From assembly GCA_040755315.1 (NCBI GenBank), contig JBFMBF010000024.1:1-18219 (forward strand): DNA of 18,219 bases, read 5' to 3'. Shown here piece by piece: positions 16,624 through 18,219 of the stretch. The notes beneath the pieces were generated by a model. The model made no database searches. It was not told the DNA's origin and saw only the letters and a list, made by a program, of their open reading frames with translations. The stretch is from Candidatus Hadarchaeota archaeon. GTDB lineage: Archaea; Hadarchaeota; Hadarchaeia; Hadarchaeales; Hadarchaeaceae. A program made the position numbers and the translations under genes. Each line of letters starts with the position of its first letter. Positions within the stretch are counted from its first letter, which is position 1.

Positions 16624-16664
16624 AGAATTAAACACTTAGAATAAGATTATATTGGGGGCAGCAC

Positions 16665-17657
16665 ATGGGCATGAATCTAATCGTGGATGATTGGAAGACT
16701 TTCATCGGCAAAAAGGAAAACCGTTTCGAACTGCTTCAGGGCGAAAAAAAGACGGAATTCTCTGCGGACGATGTAAACCAGATAATTGTTGTGGCGGCAT
16801 CATCTATATCAGTTGGCGCTGTAAGGTTGGCGCTGGAAAAAGGGATAGACATAGTTTTCATCAACCGTTTTGGTGCGCCAACTGGCCGGATATATCCGTG
16901 CAAGCTTGGCGGTACCACATTTACCCGCAAAAGGCAACTTGAAGCCTATTTTTCTGGAAAAGGGTTGGAGCTGGCGAAGAATTTTATCAGCGGGAAGGTA
17001 AAAAACCAAGCGACCGTTTTGAAAGCTTTGCAGAAGACAAGAGCAAATGTCGATTTTGCTGAACAAATAGAAAAAATGAACGCGGGCTTGTCTCAGATTG
17101 GCGAGATTAATGGCGGTTTGGACGATGTTCGCGAAAAGCTGCTTGGGATAGAGGGCAATGCGGCGAGCGAATATTTCCAAGCGCTGTCTGAAATTCTGCC
17201 TTTTGAAAAGCGCGACAGAAAAAGCGGGGACATATTCAATACCATGCTCAACTATGCGTATGGAATTCTTTACTCCGAGGTCGAGAAAGCGTGCATTCTG
17301 GCAGGGCTAGACCCATATCTCGGCTATCTCCACACTGACCGTTATGGAAAACCATCTATGGTATTGGATTTGATTGAGGAGTTCCGTGCACCAATCGCCG
17401 ATAAGGCCGTTATAACTCTGATTGCCCGAAAGCAGGTTGAAGACAAGGATATTGAGAAAAATGGTGAAACGGTTCTTTTGAGCGAAAGCGGGCGAAAGAA
17501 AGTCATCGAAGCGGTTATGGCACGGCTTCACGGAACAGAAGAGCAGACAAACGCCGAGAAGAGACTAAAAAACGCCATAGTTGAACAGGCTCGTGCAGTG
17601 GCCAGATTTGTTCTTGGTTCGGCTGAGCGCTATCAACCATATGGGCTGGTCGGATAA
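16665..17657 (+). CDS. cas1: CRISPR-associated endonuclease Cas1
   Basis: LLGIEGNAA.EYF, FNTMLNYAYGILY, GLDPYLGYLH, SMVLDLIEEFR..IAD; catalytic E/H/E-D positions present. Confidence 0.97.
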   Translation: MGMNLIVDDWKTFIGKKENRFELLQGEKKTEFSADDVNQIIVVAASSISVGAVRLALEKGIDIVFINRFGAPTGRIYPCKLGGTTFTRKRQLEAYFSGKGLELAKNFISGKVKNQATVLKALQKTRANVDFAEQIEKMNAGLSQIGEINGGLDDVREKLLGIEGNAASEYFQALSEILPFEKRDRKSGDIFNTMLNYAYGILYSEVEKACILAGLDPYLGYLHTDRYGKPSMVLDLIEEFRAPIADKAVITLIARKQVEDKDIEKNGETVLLSESGRKKVIEAVMARLHGTEEQTNAEKRLKNAIVEQARAVARFVLGSAERYQPYGLVG

Positions 17658-17658
17658 C

Positions 17659-17958
17659 ATGCTGTGGTGGGTTATCTACGATATTTCTGAAAATAAAGTC
17701 AGGTCGTGTGCATCATCCAAGTGTAAAAATTACGGGTTAGTCAGAGTCCAAAAAAGTGCGTTTCTGGGGGAGCTTAGTAAAAACCGCGCGGAGATGTTAT
17801 CATTGGAACTAAAAGATGTCATAAAAGAAGGCGACTGTATTTTTCTTATCCCGACATGCACGAATTGTTTTCAAGATAAGATAATCCACGGTAGTTTCGA
17901 TGATGCTGTTGCTAAGAAAAAAGACTGGTATATCATCGGTGGGAATGATGAAGTATGA
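17659..17958 (+). CDS. cas2: CRISPR-associated protein Cas2
   Basis: MLWWVIYDIS...R....KCKNYGLVRVQKSAFLG, 99 aa; starts 1 nt after the cas1 stop. Confidence 0.95.
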   Translation: MLWWVIYDISENKVRSCASSKCKNYGLVRVQKSAFLGELSKNRAEMLSLELKDVIKEGDCIFLIPTCTNCFQDKIIHGSFDDAVAKKKDWYIIGGNDEV

Positions 17959-18219
17959 TGGGCTGGTTTCGGCAACTGATGTGATGAAATACTTGTATTG
18001 TCCGAGAATCATTTACTTCATTTATGTTTTACAATCCCCTCAGCTAGTGACTGCAAAAGAGAATAAAGGTTTGGAAAAATATCAAGAATTCAAAACCAAA
18101 TCAAAAAGAAATAAAATAGTAAAAGAGTTTCCCAAAATGAAAAAAGTTTATGATGTTTCCCTGTTATCGAACAAATTTGGTGCTATTACCAAAACAGATT
18201 GTATTCTGATAAACGAAGA
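17945..18219 (+). CDS. cas4: CRISPR-associated exonuclease Cas4 (5' part; truncated by the window edge)
   Basis: Not in the ORF track. Hand translation gives MMKYDGLVSATDVMKYLYCPRIIYF...SLLSNKFGAITKTDCILINE, open to the window end. YCPR Fe-S motif; overlaps cas2. Confidence 0.9.
   Translation, partial: MMKYDGLVSATDVMKYLYCPRIIYFIYVLQSPQLVTAKENKGLEKYQEFKTKSKRNKIVKEFPKMKKVYDVSLLSNKFGAITKTDCILINE

Overview
GC-rich archaeal chromosome segment; the archaeal assignment rests on an archaeal-type SAM synthetase, archaeal/eukaryote-type PheRS, a thiolase-HMG-CoA synthase-DUF35 cluster and TATA-box promoters. Bases 1-14.2 kb are mostly housekeeping: divergent secF/secD, trmI, the mevalonate entry cluster with two HTH regulators, mat, moeA and pheS-pheT. 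From the end of pheT the window becomes an accessory/defence region. The 3' end of pheT occurs three times, and the copies separate modules: an AAA+/DUF4143 ATPase; a cas6 3' remnant plus a small-protein/nucleotidyltransferase pair; and cas1-cas2-cas4, which runs off the window. No integrase and no CRISPR array is visible. Between moeA and pheS is an unannotated ~140-nt, extensively self-complementary element on the minus strand that ends in a tRNA-Arg-like 3' end. All calls come from reading motifs by eye; no searches were run.
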